Origin: Octopus sinensis | Taxonomy: Eukaryota | Assembly: GCF_006345805.1 (NCBI RefSeq) | Contig: NC_042997.1 | Span: 69,502,001 to 69,566,000, forward strand | DNA length: 64,000 nucleotides | Direction: 5' to 3' | In this document: positions 13,368-26,452 of the stretch, piece after piece | Position numbering within the stretch: the first letter of the stretch is position 1 | How the letters are laid out: each line of letters begins with the position of its first letter | Translations under genes and position numbers: made by a program | The notes under the pieces: model-generated | Database searches by the model: none | The model's input: the letters and a program-made list of their open reading frames with translations, nothing else | What the model was told of the DNA's origin: nothing

Positions 13368-14160
13368 TATCAGGATGACATAAATTCGTTCGATCGTTTT
13401 TTCCGTTTATTTTAATCTTTATTTTTCATCAACAGTTTTTTTTTAAATCACCCAATAAATGTATTCGTCATCGTTCACAACTTCTTGCCAATATTCCACT
13501 GCTTTGTAAAGGACTTGATGGTAGAAATCATCGAGTCTTGACTCGAAGAATTCCCCCAATCCACGATTTAGCACCCCGTCGTTGTTAAACGAAACGACTC
13601 GCAGACTGTTGGAGAGCAACTGAAAACGGTCGAAATCTGATGGCGCTATGTCAGAAGAACGTCCCAACCAATCTTTGAAATAGCATTTTTTATCAAATTA
13701 GCGACGAGGGTAGGGCAGCCAACTACACCGTGTGGCTGGTCGGGTCGTATCAGCTGACTTGCTTTGTTTAGAGAGAGCATTTGCGGAACTTGAAGCTCTG
13801 CATTGCTCGTATTGTTGTTTTCAAGCATTTCGTTGTGGATTATCATTTCCAAATCTAACCAGACACAGATAATTGTCATGCGTAGACACCAAAGTGTTAC
13901 CTGTTTGACTGTACTTGGTCGTTCTTTCCTTTACTTCAAAGACACGATCGCTGGTGCCGATGCGGTAAAGAAATCTGTATCCACTAGCCCAATGTTGAAC
14001 GAGCCCATTAATGTCGATAGAGAAGCCCTGGTGGTGAACAAAAGCTGTTGAGGAAGATTAGAGCTACAAACTACCATAAAGTACTGCAGTGAATGTATTT
14101 TCACGCTAATTTAAATAACATTGGAAAGATACGAACGAATCTATCTGACTGCCCAACATA
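13368..14160 (-). mobile_element. Degenerate, internally deleted mariner transposon
   Basis: Fragments ICVWLD...NAE, GWDVL, SDIAPSDF and FFESRLDDFY...WQEVVNDDEYI resemble the mariner transposase C-terminus (YSPDLAPSD); degenerate TIRs share ATTCGTTCG next to TA. Confidence 0.75.
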
Positions 14161-14889
14161 CTTTTGTCCGTTGTCCAATAACTAAAACACATTATAAGAA
14201 TAAAAGAATAAGAAAGAAACGTAACCTCTGTCAGTACCCGAGTACTACTGTAATCACTGCTGCCATTCTGTTGATGTTTTAGCCTCAGTTCTGCCTAGAT
14301 CGGACAAACCTGTAATTAATTGTACTCTAACCTTGACCAACCTTCTTTTTAGAGAAACCTCAGACTACATTAAAGCAGCCGATTGGTAGCATCATTAGAC
14401 TATCGGACAAATGCCTTGCAGCAATAGTTCAAGGCCTTTGATTTCTGAGTTCAAATCCTTCTGGAGTCGGTGTTCAATCAAGTACTTGAATCAAATCTTC
14501 TCTTCCCCCACTTTCTTTCTTTTCCTTTTCTCCCTATTTCTCTCTCTCACTCTCTTTCTTTCTCACCCCACTCTATCCCAAAATTAGCTACACTGCAGTG
14601 TGTAGGAATACTCGGACTGTTCCTTGCTTTTAACAAACAAGACCGTACTGCCTCTTCTGAGCACACAAATCTATCCAAAGAAACCAGACATGGTGGACAC
14701 GGATGGACTGCTGCAACGATACAGAACAGCTAAGAAAGGGCCAACTTTATCCTTTTTTTTAAGATGGTAGTAATTACTTTGATGGAAATTTGGTTTCTAT
14801 TTCTAACAGACACAGCAACGTATCGAGACTCCATTGTTAGCACATTTTTTTCTTTATTTATTTGATGTCTGAAGTGTTGTTAATCGTTG

Positions 14890-15790
14890 TTATGATGATG
14901 GTGGTGGCTTACGGTGATGGTTGGATGTGAGGTTGTCTTTCAGATGATGAAGATGATAATAGCAACGACAAATAATGGCGATGTTGGCGGTGTGGTTGAT
15001 GCGATAGTAGTGGTGGTGGAGGTGATGGTGGTGATGATGGTGGCAGTAGATGTAATGATGGTGATGGCGTTGCTAAGAGTGGTGGTTGTGGTGATGGTCT
15101 TGTTTAATAGATGATGATGGGGTGGGGTAATGATGATAGTAATGGTGGTGGAGGGATGAGGATGATGATGATGCTGATGGCGTCCGTGTGTTATATTTAG
15201 GACGAAGTGATGAAGTGATTCGTTGTTTCTGTGTTCTATTTGTTATAGTGAAAAGTGGTGTTGCTTATTGTTTTAAGAAAGTGATGACAGGACAGTTAAG
15301 AAGGGGGATGATTGGTGATGACGGAGGAGGGATAGGAGCTGGAGGGGAGGTGGGTGAAGGTAATGTTGACGGACGATTGTTGGCACTAATAAGTGAGTGG
15401 AAGTGGTGGTGGAGACGGTGAAGGTTGCGGTGGTTGAGTGATGTGGTGGTGATGGCTGTGAGGCTGACAGGAATGTGACGGTTACAGTGGAGTAGTGTTG
15501 ATGATGGTCACGGTGTTAGTGATAGTAGTGGTGGTAACTGAGGTGCTAGTGGTGGTGGTTGTGATGGTGGTAGCGGTCTGGTAGCTATAGTTGTGTGGTA
15601 GTAGTATTAGTTATGGTGGTGGTGGTGTTGGTGGTGGTGGTGTTGTTTGTTGTTGTTGTTGTTGTTGTTGTTGTGTTGTTGTTTTTGGTGGTGGTGGTGG
15701 TGGTGGTGGTGGTGGTGATGGTGGCGGTGGCGGCGGTGGTGGTAGTGGTGGCGGTGGCGGTGGTCTTGTCGGTATTTATAGTATTGGTGC
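14890..15790. repeat. Low-complexity (GGT/GAT/GTT)n tract
   Basis: Directly visible degenerate trinucleotide repeats. Confidence 0.9.
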
Positions 15791-16362
15791 TGCACTATGA
15801 CTGAGTTTGAGAACTTTCTCCATTTGTTACAGGAGTGTTGCTGATTTTGAGTGAGCTTGGCCTATTAGGAAGCTAACAGTAATTTATTCAAGCAAAATCG
15901 ACACCAGCATTTACTGTTTTACGCCTGGTACTTAATTCTATCGGGCTATTCCGAACGGCTTATATACGAGGGCGTAAACAAACCAACGACGGCTGTCAAG
16001 CGGTTGTGAGAGACAAGCACAAAAAGCTAGAGCTACTGAACTCGCAATCTCCCCGCTACTTTATTCATTGGATCAACTGGGCTCCTTCTTCAGTATTGAG
16101 AGATTTATGAAGTAACATCTGAAAAGAGAGAACACATCGATGGGTATTCAACGGTGGAAGCCATTGTAATATTATTATAAAGGAAAACTTTCAGGCTATC
16201 GACTGAAGATTTGGGTTTCTAAATTAAGCAACTAACTATACATTCACCAGTTTATTTCCTCAAATTATATTAAGCTAGTAAACTATGTGATAGAAGTTAC
16301 TAATAACGCACACCAGCACAATACATACATACTTACCTACATGTGTGTGTGCATGCGTGCCT

Positions 16363-16401
<39 letters not shown>

Positions 16402-19129
16402 TGTGTACTACAACAAAAGAGGCTCAGTGCAGTTATTCAGCTTGAGAAATGACTGCAGAGAGGCTCACTAATTGGATTATATATTGCTATTAGTGTCACG
16501 CTATATCCAACGAGTTTCCAGATTATGTTGGTGTGTCAAATATTTAACGCCAATCTAACTGCACTATGCACATTAGCACGCCCTCGTGTCAATAATGTAC
16601 TTTTTCTATACAGCTTTGAGTAACTAATTCTTGCTAAGATGGTAACCAGGATTCTGCAGAGGATTTGACGAAACTCAGATACCTGTAATAAATCGTCCTG
16701 CTGAAACTTAGTGTATATTCCCAATGTTTCAATTTATAATATTTTATACGCACGAAATATATATTTATAGAACATTATAGGAAAATATTTTGATTAAGAT
16801 AATCTCTTAGGCTCCTACTTGTAAATACCTTCGTAAGTAGTATTTTTATAATTTATATTCTTAATTGTTGTTTTTGTCGTCATCAAGTTTTTAATCTCTA
16901 GACCGAACCAGACCTGATTAAAAATAACCGGTAGCATACTACTACAAATCAATTTTATTTCTCGTTTTTCTCTTTCATAGTTTAACTTGTTTCCTGCAAG
17001 TTTTTGCATAGCACCTCAATTTCAAAGTGATAAATACTTGTTAATAATATCCGTTTACGTAAATGACACCCGTCATTGTTAGTTACTCATATAACTTTTA
17101 TTACTTACTACACTCCTCACTTTTAAGGATTTATGTCTTTAAAATATTTCTTATTACAACCGAATAACGACCTTTACTTAGTCCCTTCAAATGCCACTCA
17201 TGTACTTCATCATCTCAACTGTTTTTCTCGTCCCTTGATACAGTTATTTTTCTATAATCTATTCTCTTGTGTCCGTGAAGATGTTATCACCCTACTCTCC
17301 GCCCTAACCTTTCAAACATAGCGTTACACACTAGCAACCACATATCAAGTCTACAAAGCCTCTATGAAAAGAGAGCTTAGAAATATTCTAAAATAGAATC
17401 ATGATAATCTTGTGCCTTTCAACAACACAAAGACACCATTACTGCACATATCCAGGAATCGATTTCCTATCTCGCTTGTCAATGATGACATTCGCCCAAA
17501 ATCCTCATGCAATAAAACGTAAATTATGAGACCACATAAACATTCTAACAGAAGGGCATATGGTGTTTCTGTAATACGTTAAACAGAATTTCTGCCATTA
17601 CATACAGTATTACCACCAAATATACAGACGGATATACAGTAGTGATTCCCAAAGCACTATTATAACCTATCATTCTCCTGAGACAAACTTAAAATCACAC
17701 CCACAGAAATAGCAGCAGTAGCTTTTGGGAGCCCACGCAACATAACTGAGTCAATTGAGGATCCATAATAATGTTTTAAGGGCCCCTGAAAAAATTTGGC
17801 TTTAGATTTATGTATTGGTATGTTTGGAAGAAACAGCTAGGTTTTTCAAACATTTTACACAAGTTAATGTGTGAAAAACAAAATAGGAATTGTGAAAACA
17901 AAATAGGAATTTTGAAAAAGTATGTATAAGAATAGTTTTTAAACATCGAATGGCTATGGGAATCCACCAGAGTAACATAGTAATCAAAGGAGTCCATAGA
18001 TAAAAAGAAAAATTGTTGAGAAATCCTGTACTATCCCTTAGTTTTGGCGTTCCTTTTATAACAAAAATAATATTGAATGGCATGTACTAAATACTCTTAC
18101 GGTAGGGCCCAATTTATAATATTGGGAGTTGAAAGTCTTCGATAGAGTGTTATAAAACAAATGTCTTAGCATGGGAGATAACTATAATAAAATCGTATAA
18201 TTGAAATTTTTGAAAAATCAGTGCAACACAGATTGTTAAAGTAGTAAAAACGATATGTTTCAATCTTATTAAACGGGACTCTAGGAGTATTTAGTAGGCA
18301 GAGCTCTATTCTGAAAAACATTCTTTCAAACATATTGATGAAATTGATAATCCTCACATTCTCTCTGTTTTTCTATATATTGGTTTATTTCACTTGTGTG
18401 AAATATACATCCCTGGAGAAGTGTAATAAGACCGCATATAGACAGTGCTTTCACCAGTTTTCCTTAAAAATAACACCCACTCATTTGTATCGTGTTTATT
18501 ATCCAAAATTTCAGCTAGTTTGTTTTATTGAATTTCTTCCATTTCAATAAACCCCAGAGGGGTATTTTGTCTACTAACAGCCAGAAAAACTACAGTGAAT
18601 CAAATATTTTCAATCTACTGTATTACATATGTGAAGATTTCCCACTCAGTATACCATACATGCGAGACCCAAACACATTATGCATTTGCAAGTGTACAAA
18701 CTGTTTATAGTAAACGGATAGTGTTTTACACAAAAATATTACTTTTGACTGGACATACTTTGAGAATACCAACTATATCAGTGACAATTTCCTTGTATCA
18801 TAAAAGCAAACTTTCAACAGGAGAACTAAAATTTTTCAATGACTCCAATTATATATTTGTATATTCAGACAAAGGAAAATATCGTTCATATAAAAAATGT
18901 ATTATACATTCTGATTATTTTTTATCTAAAAGCAACAAAAAATATAGGAAATCGTTGTTTCTTACAGATTAATTTACAACCCTTGTCGGTTAGGACAATC
19001 AGCTACAATATATATCAGATTTCACCAATTGTCGAGTTTAAAATAAATTGTCCCCAGTGTTGTTGTACAAAACAACTTAAAATTGAATGTATGCGAGTCT
19101 ACATTGACACATTACAGTATATATTACAG

Positions 19130-20100
19130 TCCGCTACCGTCGTTGACCCATCACCCTCCCCAAGCAGCGGCGAAAAGTGCTGCTGGAAAGCAACACACAT
19201 CTGTTCAGAACCGAGTAGTACGTGCCCGTCCTGATTCGTCAAAGACTTGATCGTGGTTTTGTTTCCACTTTGCGTCTCTACCGTTCGGGCCCATCGAACG
19301 GCTTTAGTTCCTTCGTGTTTTAGTGCACAGGCTTTAGCTCTGACAACGGGCCCTTCATTTTCGCCGCAAAGAGCCATTCGTTAATACGTCGCTTGCAATA
19401 CCTTTACTAATAGCCTCTTCTAGTTTATAAACTAGTTTTCCCTCTAATCTATTTCTTTCTATTGCTGAATCTTTGATAAATGATATTGAGTCTCCTCTAA
19501 TCGCTCTCTTCAGAGCGATCCACCACCGGTTGTTGACGATAGCCACCGTCAACTGCCGCATAACTAGTTTGCTAATCTGGTTCCTCTAGTCATTGTGAGC
19601 CGGTAAGGACGCATTCAAATTTCAGTGACGGGTCCTATCTAAATCGACTGAGCATATCACAAATTTGTGATCTGTGTAGCCATCCAATTTAAATTATGGA
19701 CAACCTATGCTATCCCTATTCTCTGACCTAACAAATATTCTATCTAAATACGATCTGGATGACCTGCTGTTGTTGCTCCATGCCCGCTCTGGCACATCAG
19801 GGAAGTCCAGTCGGTACCTGTCAGAAAGCTGGCAAGTCCTGAGCAAGTTCTCGAGTCTTTTACATCCCCTTGTACTAAACCCGTGCAGTCCTTCTGTACG
19901 TAGTACTAAAGTGAGAGATATTCCCAAGAATGTTTCTAGACGCCTGAAGAAATATGGCCTTCCAGCCCCTTAGGGGCGTAAACTGCCACCAGTCTAAAGG
20001 CGTCACCTTCGCTGCCATTCACATCCAGCATCACCACCCTACCATCCGGGTCAAGGAAGGTAGCCCTTACTTGGAGATCGAAGGATTTCCGGAGTAGCAC
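19130..20100 (-). mobile_element. Tx1/L1-group LINE ORF2 fragment (APE endonuclease + linker), decayed
   Basis: YRLDFPDVPERAWSNNSRSSRSYLDRIFV, NNRWWIALKRAI and MCVAFQQHF are homologous to ORF2 of the element at 21.3-26.4 kb. Confidence 0.85.
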
Positions 20101-20208
20101 TGCTACACCGCCACCCGCTCCCGATGGACAACAAGACGAGAATACCTCGTAGTCCTTGAAAATTTACATTATTTACATTCGACAGATATACCCTCCAGCC
20201 TTCTCCAG

Positions 20209-20301
20209 GGCATATGGCGTAGTGGTTAAGAGCGCGGGTTACTAACTTCAAGATTCCGAGTTCGACTCCAAGCAGTGACCTGAACAATAATAATAATAAT
20301 G

Positions 20302-20333
<32 letters not shown>

Positions 20334-20345
20334 ATAAAGACAATG
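20209..20345 (+). mobile_element. Short tRNA-derived SINE with (AAT)n tail
   Basis: TGGCGTAGTGGTTAAGAGCGCGG...GAGTTCGACTCC followed by an (AAT)n tail; no proper acceptor stem. Confidence 0.75.
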
Positions 20346-20724
20346 ACGATGACAATTTGATACTCCTGGGTTATTCATTAGTTATTAAATTTAAGGTAGA
20401 GTTGTTTCAAAGTGCGACCTATTGTGTTGCCACCAATACAAAATAAGCCTGCAAATATAACATCGGTCTGAGTATGACTGTGTATGGAAGGTCATACTGG
20501 TTTTAGTATACATAGTCAAGGGATGCACATATATGTGCTCAAATATATGCACGCATACGACATACACGCACACAAACACACACATTCACATACGAACACA
20601 AATTCATTTGCATACACATGCGCATATCTATGTATATAAATATATATGTTGCTTTGCATGTGTGTGTATGTGTATGTATGTGTGTGTTTATGTTTGTGTT
20701 TAATTTCATGTGTGTGTATATGCG

Positions 20725-20765
<41 letters not shown>

Positions 20766-20782
20766 TATATACATATAATATA

Positions 20783-21260
20783 CTAGCATTAAAGACCCGT
20801 CGTTGCCGAGTCATAGTGCTAGTGCATGTATATATGTGTATAATATGTGTACATATTACATGTACATCTATATATATACATCTACACATAAAATTCAAAT
20901 ATAAAAGTATATCTTTAAATATCGCTAGTGATACACAATACTCAAAATATATAACAGACTGGAATTGTTAGCCCGTCTCTTGTAATTCGATCAATTGTAT
21001 CTTGTTCTCCCTCTTGTATAGAAGTGTGGCTACAATCCAGCCTACCTCTACTTTCATTTAAAATTTTTTTCCGGGACGTCCTTCGTCCCAGATATAATGT
21101 AAAAATAAAAATTTCCACTTTGCAAGTTCGAGTCGAGTACTCCCTTGCACGCTCCGTTGACTCGAACCTGCTTCTGTTGTGGCGAATTGCCGCCTCTGAT
21201 TAGATAACTTTTCATAGTCGCACCAAAGACAACAATTTTCGAAGGTGCTTTCCTCCATGT
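20783..21260 (-). mobile_element. Non-autonomous Helitron, 3' portion (host of the retroelement array)
   Basis: Minus strand ends ...GACTCG-GCAACGA-CGGGTC (hairpin, 20794-20812) TTTAATG-CTAG|T at 20783, next to TA-rich satellite. The internal extent up to 21260 is inferred. Confidence 0.75.
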
Positions 21261-21499
21261 GATTTTATTATTACCACAAGGGGCGAACATAGATGGGACA
21301 ATACAATCTGGGTCAGACAAACGAATGGGTTTTTACACTAAATCGAATTTTAAAATTTTCATGAATTACAATAAATGGACAGAAATCGAATGATGGGACA
21401 GACCGGAAGACGTTACGGGTGGAGTGGGTGCGGGTTTAGCTCGGACCCCCACGAGCCCCGCCTCCCACTGATACTTTTGGTTGCACTTGGTATTACATT

Positions 21500-24400
21500 T
21501 ATGTGTATCTTTCACTCGCAACTTTCGTGCTACATCCTTCCATCGTTCTTCATACACTCTCCTAGTCAGGCATATTCTTTCCAGCCCTATTTTTTCAGGT
21601 GAAAGATGAAATAGTTCATCAAACCAGGGCCGGAGATGAACTTGCCTGACTGTAAACCTTTCATTCTCGTCTTCCATATCACCTCTTTCGCAATTGCTAC
21701 TACAACGAGAAAACGAAACTTACCTCATTCACGGGAAATCCGGTGGGTCAATTTTTGTAATCGACTCAGTCGACAGCTGTACTCTTCGTGTACCTGACAA
21801 CAGGTGTTCGGCATAAAACCCCACCTCAGACACGTCGGACAATGAACAATCGCGGTGCGGGACGGTTTCCCTATCCCGCCCGCATCTTGGACATATCGGA
21901 CTGTCTTGGCCACCGTGCCTTGCGAGTTTATCCCGAACAGGTAGAGCTCCTTCTGTAGCATTGCCATGCCAGGACTTTGTGGAAGTTGTCCAGTGTCCTC
22001 GCTCGAACGTACGTCGGAACAGACTGGCCAGCTGATTATCGTCGAGACCTAGGTTTCCCCCAAGGTATCTTCACATTCCGCCTCTACCAACCCTCTATAG
22101 AGGAATGTGGTGGAACCCCCACCGCAGGCGTTGCCCGAGCGACGGAATAGCAGGAGAGCCTTGCGACACTCCGTGTACCAAGTACCAAGTTTCGATCTAC
22201 GATTCAGCCAGGTTCCATCCACCGAAACTAGTGAACTTGGGAAACATCAGGTTTTGCTAGCGAAGACCACACCCGTTCACCATCCAGGTAGAGCCACAGA
22301 TGTCTTAACCTCAGCGCATGTCTGCGCATCATCAGCCAAGGCATCCCTAGCCCACCCTTAAACGGTTGTTGACAGCAAGTAGAGCGTTTCACAAGTGGTT
22401 TCCCGCCCTTCCACAAGAAGTAGAAGAGCTGTCTTTCCAACTTGATCAACCACGAATCAGGGCAAGGAACGACGGAAAGCGGTAGGTGATAACCGATGCG
22501 ATAAACACATGGCCACCTCCGCCCTCCCTTTCAGGGATAGCCACCGCCAAGACCAGGTCTTGGCTACTGCAGCCACCTTGCTCGTTACCTCGCCCCAATT
22601 CTTCTCTATTTGGAGGTCTGGACCGAACCAGACCCCTAGCAGTTTAATCGGACCTCCGTCCAACGTCCACGACGCTGTCAGGAGGCATCGACTTGCCTCT
22701 CCAGGTGCCGAGTTGCAAGCCGACTGACTTTTCGCGATTAACTTTTGCTCCTGTCACCGTCTCGTAAACCTCTATGGCCTTGCCTACTTTACATAGGTGG
22801 TCCATTTCGGTTACGATGATGGTGATGTCATCCGCGTACGCTGACACTGATTTTCCATTACCTGGCTGTCTCGGGATGCCGCTCAGTTTTCGCAGTAATG
22901 GCTCAAGAGCCATCACGTACAAAAGCGGGGAGAGCGGACACCCTTGACGAACCGAGCGTTTGATTTTGAACGGCTTCGACAAGAAGCCGTTCACCGAACT
23001 ACCGAGTCGATGTTATCATAAATTTGGATAATCCACCTGAGGAAGCCAGGCTCAGCCCGAACTGTGCCAGGGCAGACACAAGGTAACGATGGTCGACCCT
23101 ATCAAAAGCTTTAGATTGGTCTAAATGGAGCACAGTGCCCACCCCTTGCCAGAATCACTATTAACCCCTCTATAGTGTACCGCATTAGATGGAGATTATC
23201 CTGAATGGATCTGCCCGGAACGGCACATGTCTGTGCCTCTCCGATCAGACCATCCGCGACACGCGCCAATCTTTTCGATAACACTTTGGCCAAAATCTTC
23301 AACTCTGTGTTTAGCAGAGTGATGGGCCTGAAATTATCAATGCACTCCCCCTTGCTCGGGTCCTTTCTGACGAGAGTCACTACCCCGGCGCACAGATCTG
23401 GGTATAAGCCCGTTCTGCTGCCAGTTCGCATAGACCTCCGCCAGTAGGTGCCCGAACAAGTCTGGCATACTCTTATATAACTCATAGGGTAGACCATCCA
23501 AACCCGGCGCCTTGCCCGCGCCGCAGTCCGTCATTGCCTCAACCACCCTCAGGCAGGCTTCACAGCCCTCCGCATCTCGCCCCGATGAGCGCGGCAGCCC
23601 GTCGAGTAGGTCCGTAAAGGCCCTCCTCCCTATCCAGTCCGCCGCACTCACCGAAAAGCTGAGCGAAGTGCTCCTGAAAGGCCTCACACATCTCCTCGGG
23701 TTCGTTTATCAACTCACCTTGTTGGTTCGTCAAAGATCGAATCGTGGCATCGTTACCATGCCGAGCTTCCACCACTCCCCATCTCACGGCGTTGATTCAT
23801 CACATCCCATGGCCAATGCCTGAGCCCCAATGTGTGTTGGCCTCGAGGTGCTGGTTAACACCAGTCTCTTGGACGCCACCTGAGCCACAGAGCCAGTTTT
23901 CCATGGCTTCCTCTAATTCCTTAACTAGAGTAGTTTCCCTTCTAGCCTCTCTAGCCACTACTCCTATGCTATATCTAATAGACTCAAACTTGATGGCTCG
24001 TTGAGGGCGTACCACCATTTGTTATTAATGATGGTACCAGATAGTGCCCTCTGAATTATATTCCTAATCCGGTCTTTGTACTCCTTAATCGCCAAAAGGG
24101 ACGTATTAAGTTCCCAGTAACCGGATCCTCTATTTTAACCTTATCTATGTCAAGCTACAAGTGACCATTTTATGATCACTGTACTGATCGGGTTAAAACT
24201 GTGGACACTTAGCTATTTTACTGTCTACTTTCTAATTAGTATTCTATCTAAATATGACCTGGAAGATCCGTCGCTGTTTGACCATGTCCACAATGGAGCG
24301 TTCGGAAATTCCAGCCTATAAGGATCTGCTAGCTCAAAGCGGCTTAGCAGTTCCATGAAGCCACTGTTGCCTTTTCTATCTGGACACGAGCCAACATAAT

Positions 24401-24852
24401 CTACATCCGCTTTGCAAATTGTGTTAAAGTCTCCTAGCACCACTAATGAATGCGAAGTACCAAGTACAAGAAGTTTTCTAGTTCACGAAAATAATCACTT
24501 TGCCCTGTATGGTTGGGTGCGTAAATTGCAACCAGTCTGATAACTTTACGTTACTGAACGTCAAATCCATGACGACCAGCCTACCTTCTGGATCTGCAAA
24601 AATTAACTTTTTCTCAGAAACCCGGTTTCTTTTAATAGGACCAACACCCCACTCCCGCCTGTAGGACTGCCAGGAGAGAAAAAACTCTCGTAGCCGTCAA
24701 ACAGCGGGAGTAGACCTCTTGGCCCTCTAACCGGGTTTCTGTAGCAACAATAACATCTAAATTACGCGACTGATATCATGCAGGAAGCGACCTTGCTTCC
24801 AGTCTGCTCCCAGGCCGCGCACATTCAAACAACCAACATAAATGTAATCCAT
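21500..24852 (-). pseudogene. LINE ORF2: APE endonuclease, reverse transcriptase, C-terminal Cys/His motif
   Basis: Starts MDYIYVGCLNVRGL at 24852; APE motifs VLGDFN, SYLDRIL, YSDHKMV; RT motifs KAPGLDGLPYE, NFRPITLLNTELKILAK, SVRQGCPLSPLLY, YADD, IKLLGVWF, GGLGMP. Split over many frames by small indels. Confidence 0.9.
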
Positions 24853-24865
24853 TACTTACCTTATA

Positions 24866-26230
24866 TCAGTGGTTCGGTTTTTCTTGTTCTTCTAAACTCT
24901 TTTCTGGGCCTCGTGGGGGAGTCTGACGTAGGCCCTCGAATATATGTGGAGATGTCACATCATCCAATCTAAGTGGGCCTACGTCATGGAAGAATTCTGA
25001 CTTTATCCGCCCGTAATCCTTCCGGCCTATTCTGTAAATTACAAAGTCGTTTTTTTTTACTCTCACGCTTCCTTGCCACTTGGCCATGCCAACACGTTTC
25101 CGAGTCTGCTATTTGCTGCCTTTACGGCCATATATGAGTTCATTGACTCTTTTTTGTTTTTTAAAATTACTCTGGGAGGGGTGGTTTCCGTTTTTCTTTT
25201 TTTTTTCCGATAATTTTTTCCCACCCCTCCTCATTTATCTTTTCCTCGCTCTTTTTTTTTCCGCCGCTGGTTCTGCTGTCACCGTCACCTCCACACCTTC
25301 AGTCTTCCCTCTGGGCCGTCTGACGCTGCTTCTGTGACACATGTCTTTTTTCTTTTTGGCTTAGGTGCTTCCGGCGTTTGGGTGGGGTTGGCATTCCGCC
25401 CTACATGCCCCTTCTTGCCGCAGCCGAAGCACCTCGGTTTCCTGCCCTCCACGAACACTGTTATTTTCTCGTCTTCACTAATCTTTACCGTTTCTGGATT
25501 TCTTCCAGTGTTTGCACCTCCGCCTGAATGGCTATCACTATTTTTGCCTTTCCAAAAATCCTCTTCCTCACTGTGGCCTGGAGGATGTTTATTTTTTCTC
25601 CAGACCTACCATCACTGCTGCCACCAGACATTCAGCATCAGCCTCTGGCGGTATGTTGTTCATGAAATTTTGACGTCCTTTTCCTTTATACAATGGTAGT
25701 AAGACAATGTTTCCGCTTTGATCGGCTCCATCGATAGTTTCTTCGCTATATCCTCCGTAGTAAAACGCACCTCCACTGTGCCGTATCTTTTTCCTCTGTT
25801 TATATACGTTATTTTGTCCATAAACGGTTTTAGACAAGACTCTATTTTTTTTCTTCGATTTTTTGGATCATTTTTTTCGTGTGTCGTAAGTTTTATATAT
25901 TATTCTTTTTTTCTCTATATCGTCATGTATTTGTATGTTGTGGCCACAGTCACTTCTGTGCCTTCTTTTTTTTACGCAGTCTGCAAATTTTTTTAAATTG
26001 TCTATATTATTTTTCTTTTTTCCTAGCCACTTCAGCGAATTTTTTTGCTGGAGTTGATGCTGGTACTGGTTTTTCCATTTTCTTGGGCGACGCCGCCTCT
26101 TTTTTCTTCGGCGACAGCGCCTCTTTTTTTCTTGGCGACAACGCCTCTTTTTTACTTGGCGACAACGCCGGGTATTCATCCTCGCTCGTCACGGGCGAAG
26201 AGAATAAGTGATGGGGGACTCCATCATGAA
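24866..26230 (-). pseudogene. LINE ORF1 (gag-like, CCHC zinc knuckle, N-terminal SPKK-type repeats)
   Basis: EALSP(S/R/K)KK repeats; RGKRYGTVEVRF at ~25770-25800; VFVEGRKPRCFGCGKKGH at ~25400-25460; homologous to the array-unit ORF; frameshifted; start approximate. Confidence 0.8.
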
Positions 26231-26452
26231 CAAATGGCTTATAACAAGCCTTTGGTAAATCCAAATTAATTGTAGTTTTCCCCCACTGAGGGGAACACCA
26301 ACGCGAAGTCTTCGCGCGAAGGCTGGCTTCGTCCGTTAGACAACAATAGACAAAACAGGTAGATCAACAGTATATAATAACAGAGATAATAGTACGAGAG
26401 CAAAATTATATATCAACTTACTAATAACGCAAAAAATTGATTTCCGCCGTGT

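Larger units (their letters stand above)
21261..26440 (-). mobile_element. Full-length Tx1/L1-group non-LTR retrotransposon (ORF1 + ORF2), frameshifted
   Basis: 5'UTR, ORF1 (~26230-24866), ORF2 (24852-~21500), 3'UTR and TAATAATAAAA tail in the expected order; bounded by 12-bp motifs at 21249-21260 and 26441-26452. Confidence 0.92.

Noticed and set aside
15591-15804. Gly/Cys-, Val- or His-rich ORFs
   Set aside because: Low-complexity trinucleotide tract open in several frames.
15812-15890. Possible splice acceptor (TTTCTCCATTTGTTACAG) and small exon
   Set aside because: No convincing donor site, reading frame or partner exons; needs RNA-seq.
20209-20285. tRNA gene
   Set aside because: A/B boxes are present but there is no complete cloverleaf; the (AAT)n tail indicates a SINE. 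The same applies to the other tRNA-like heads.
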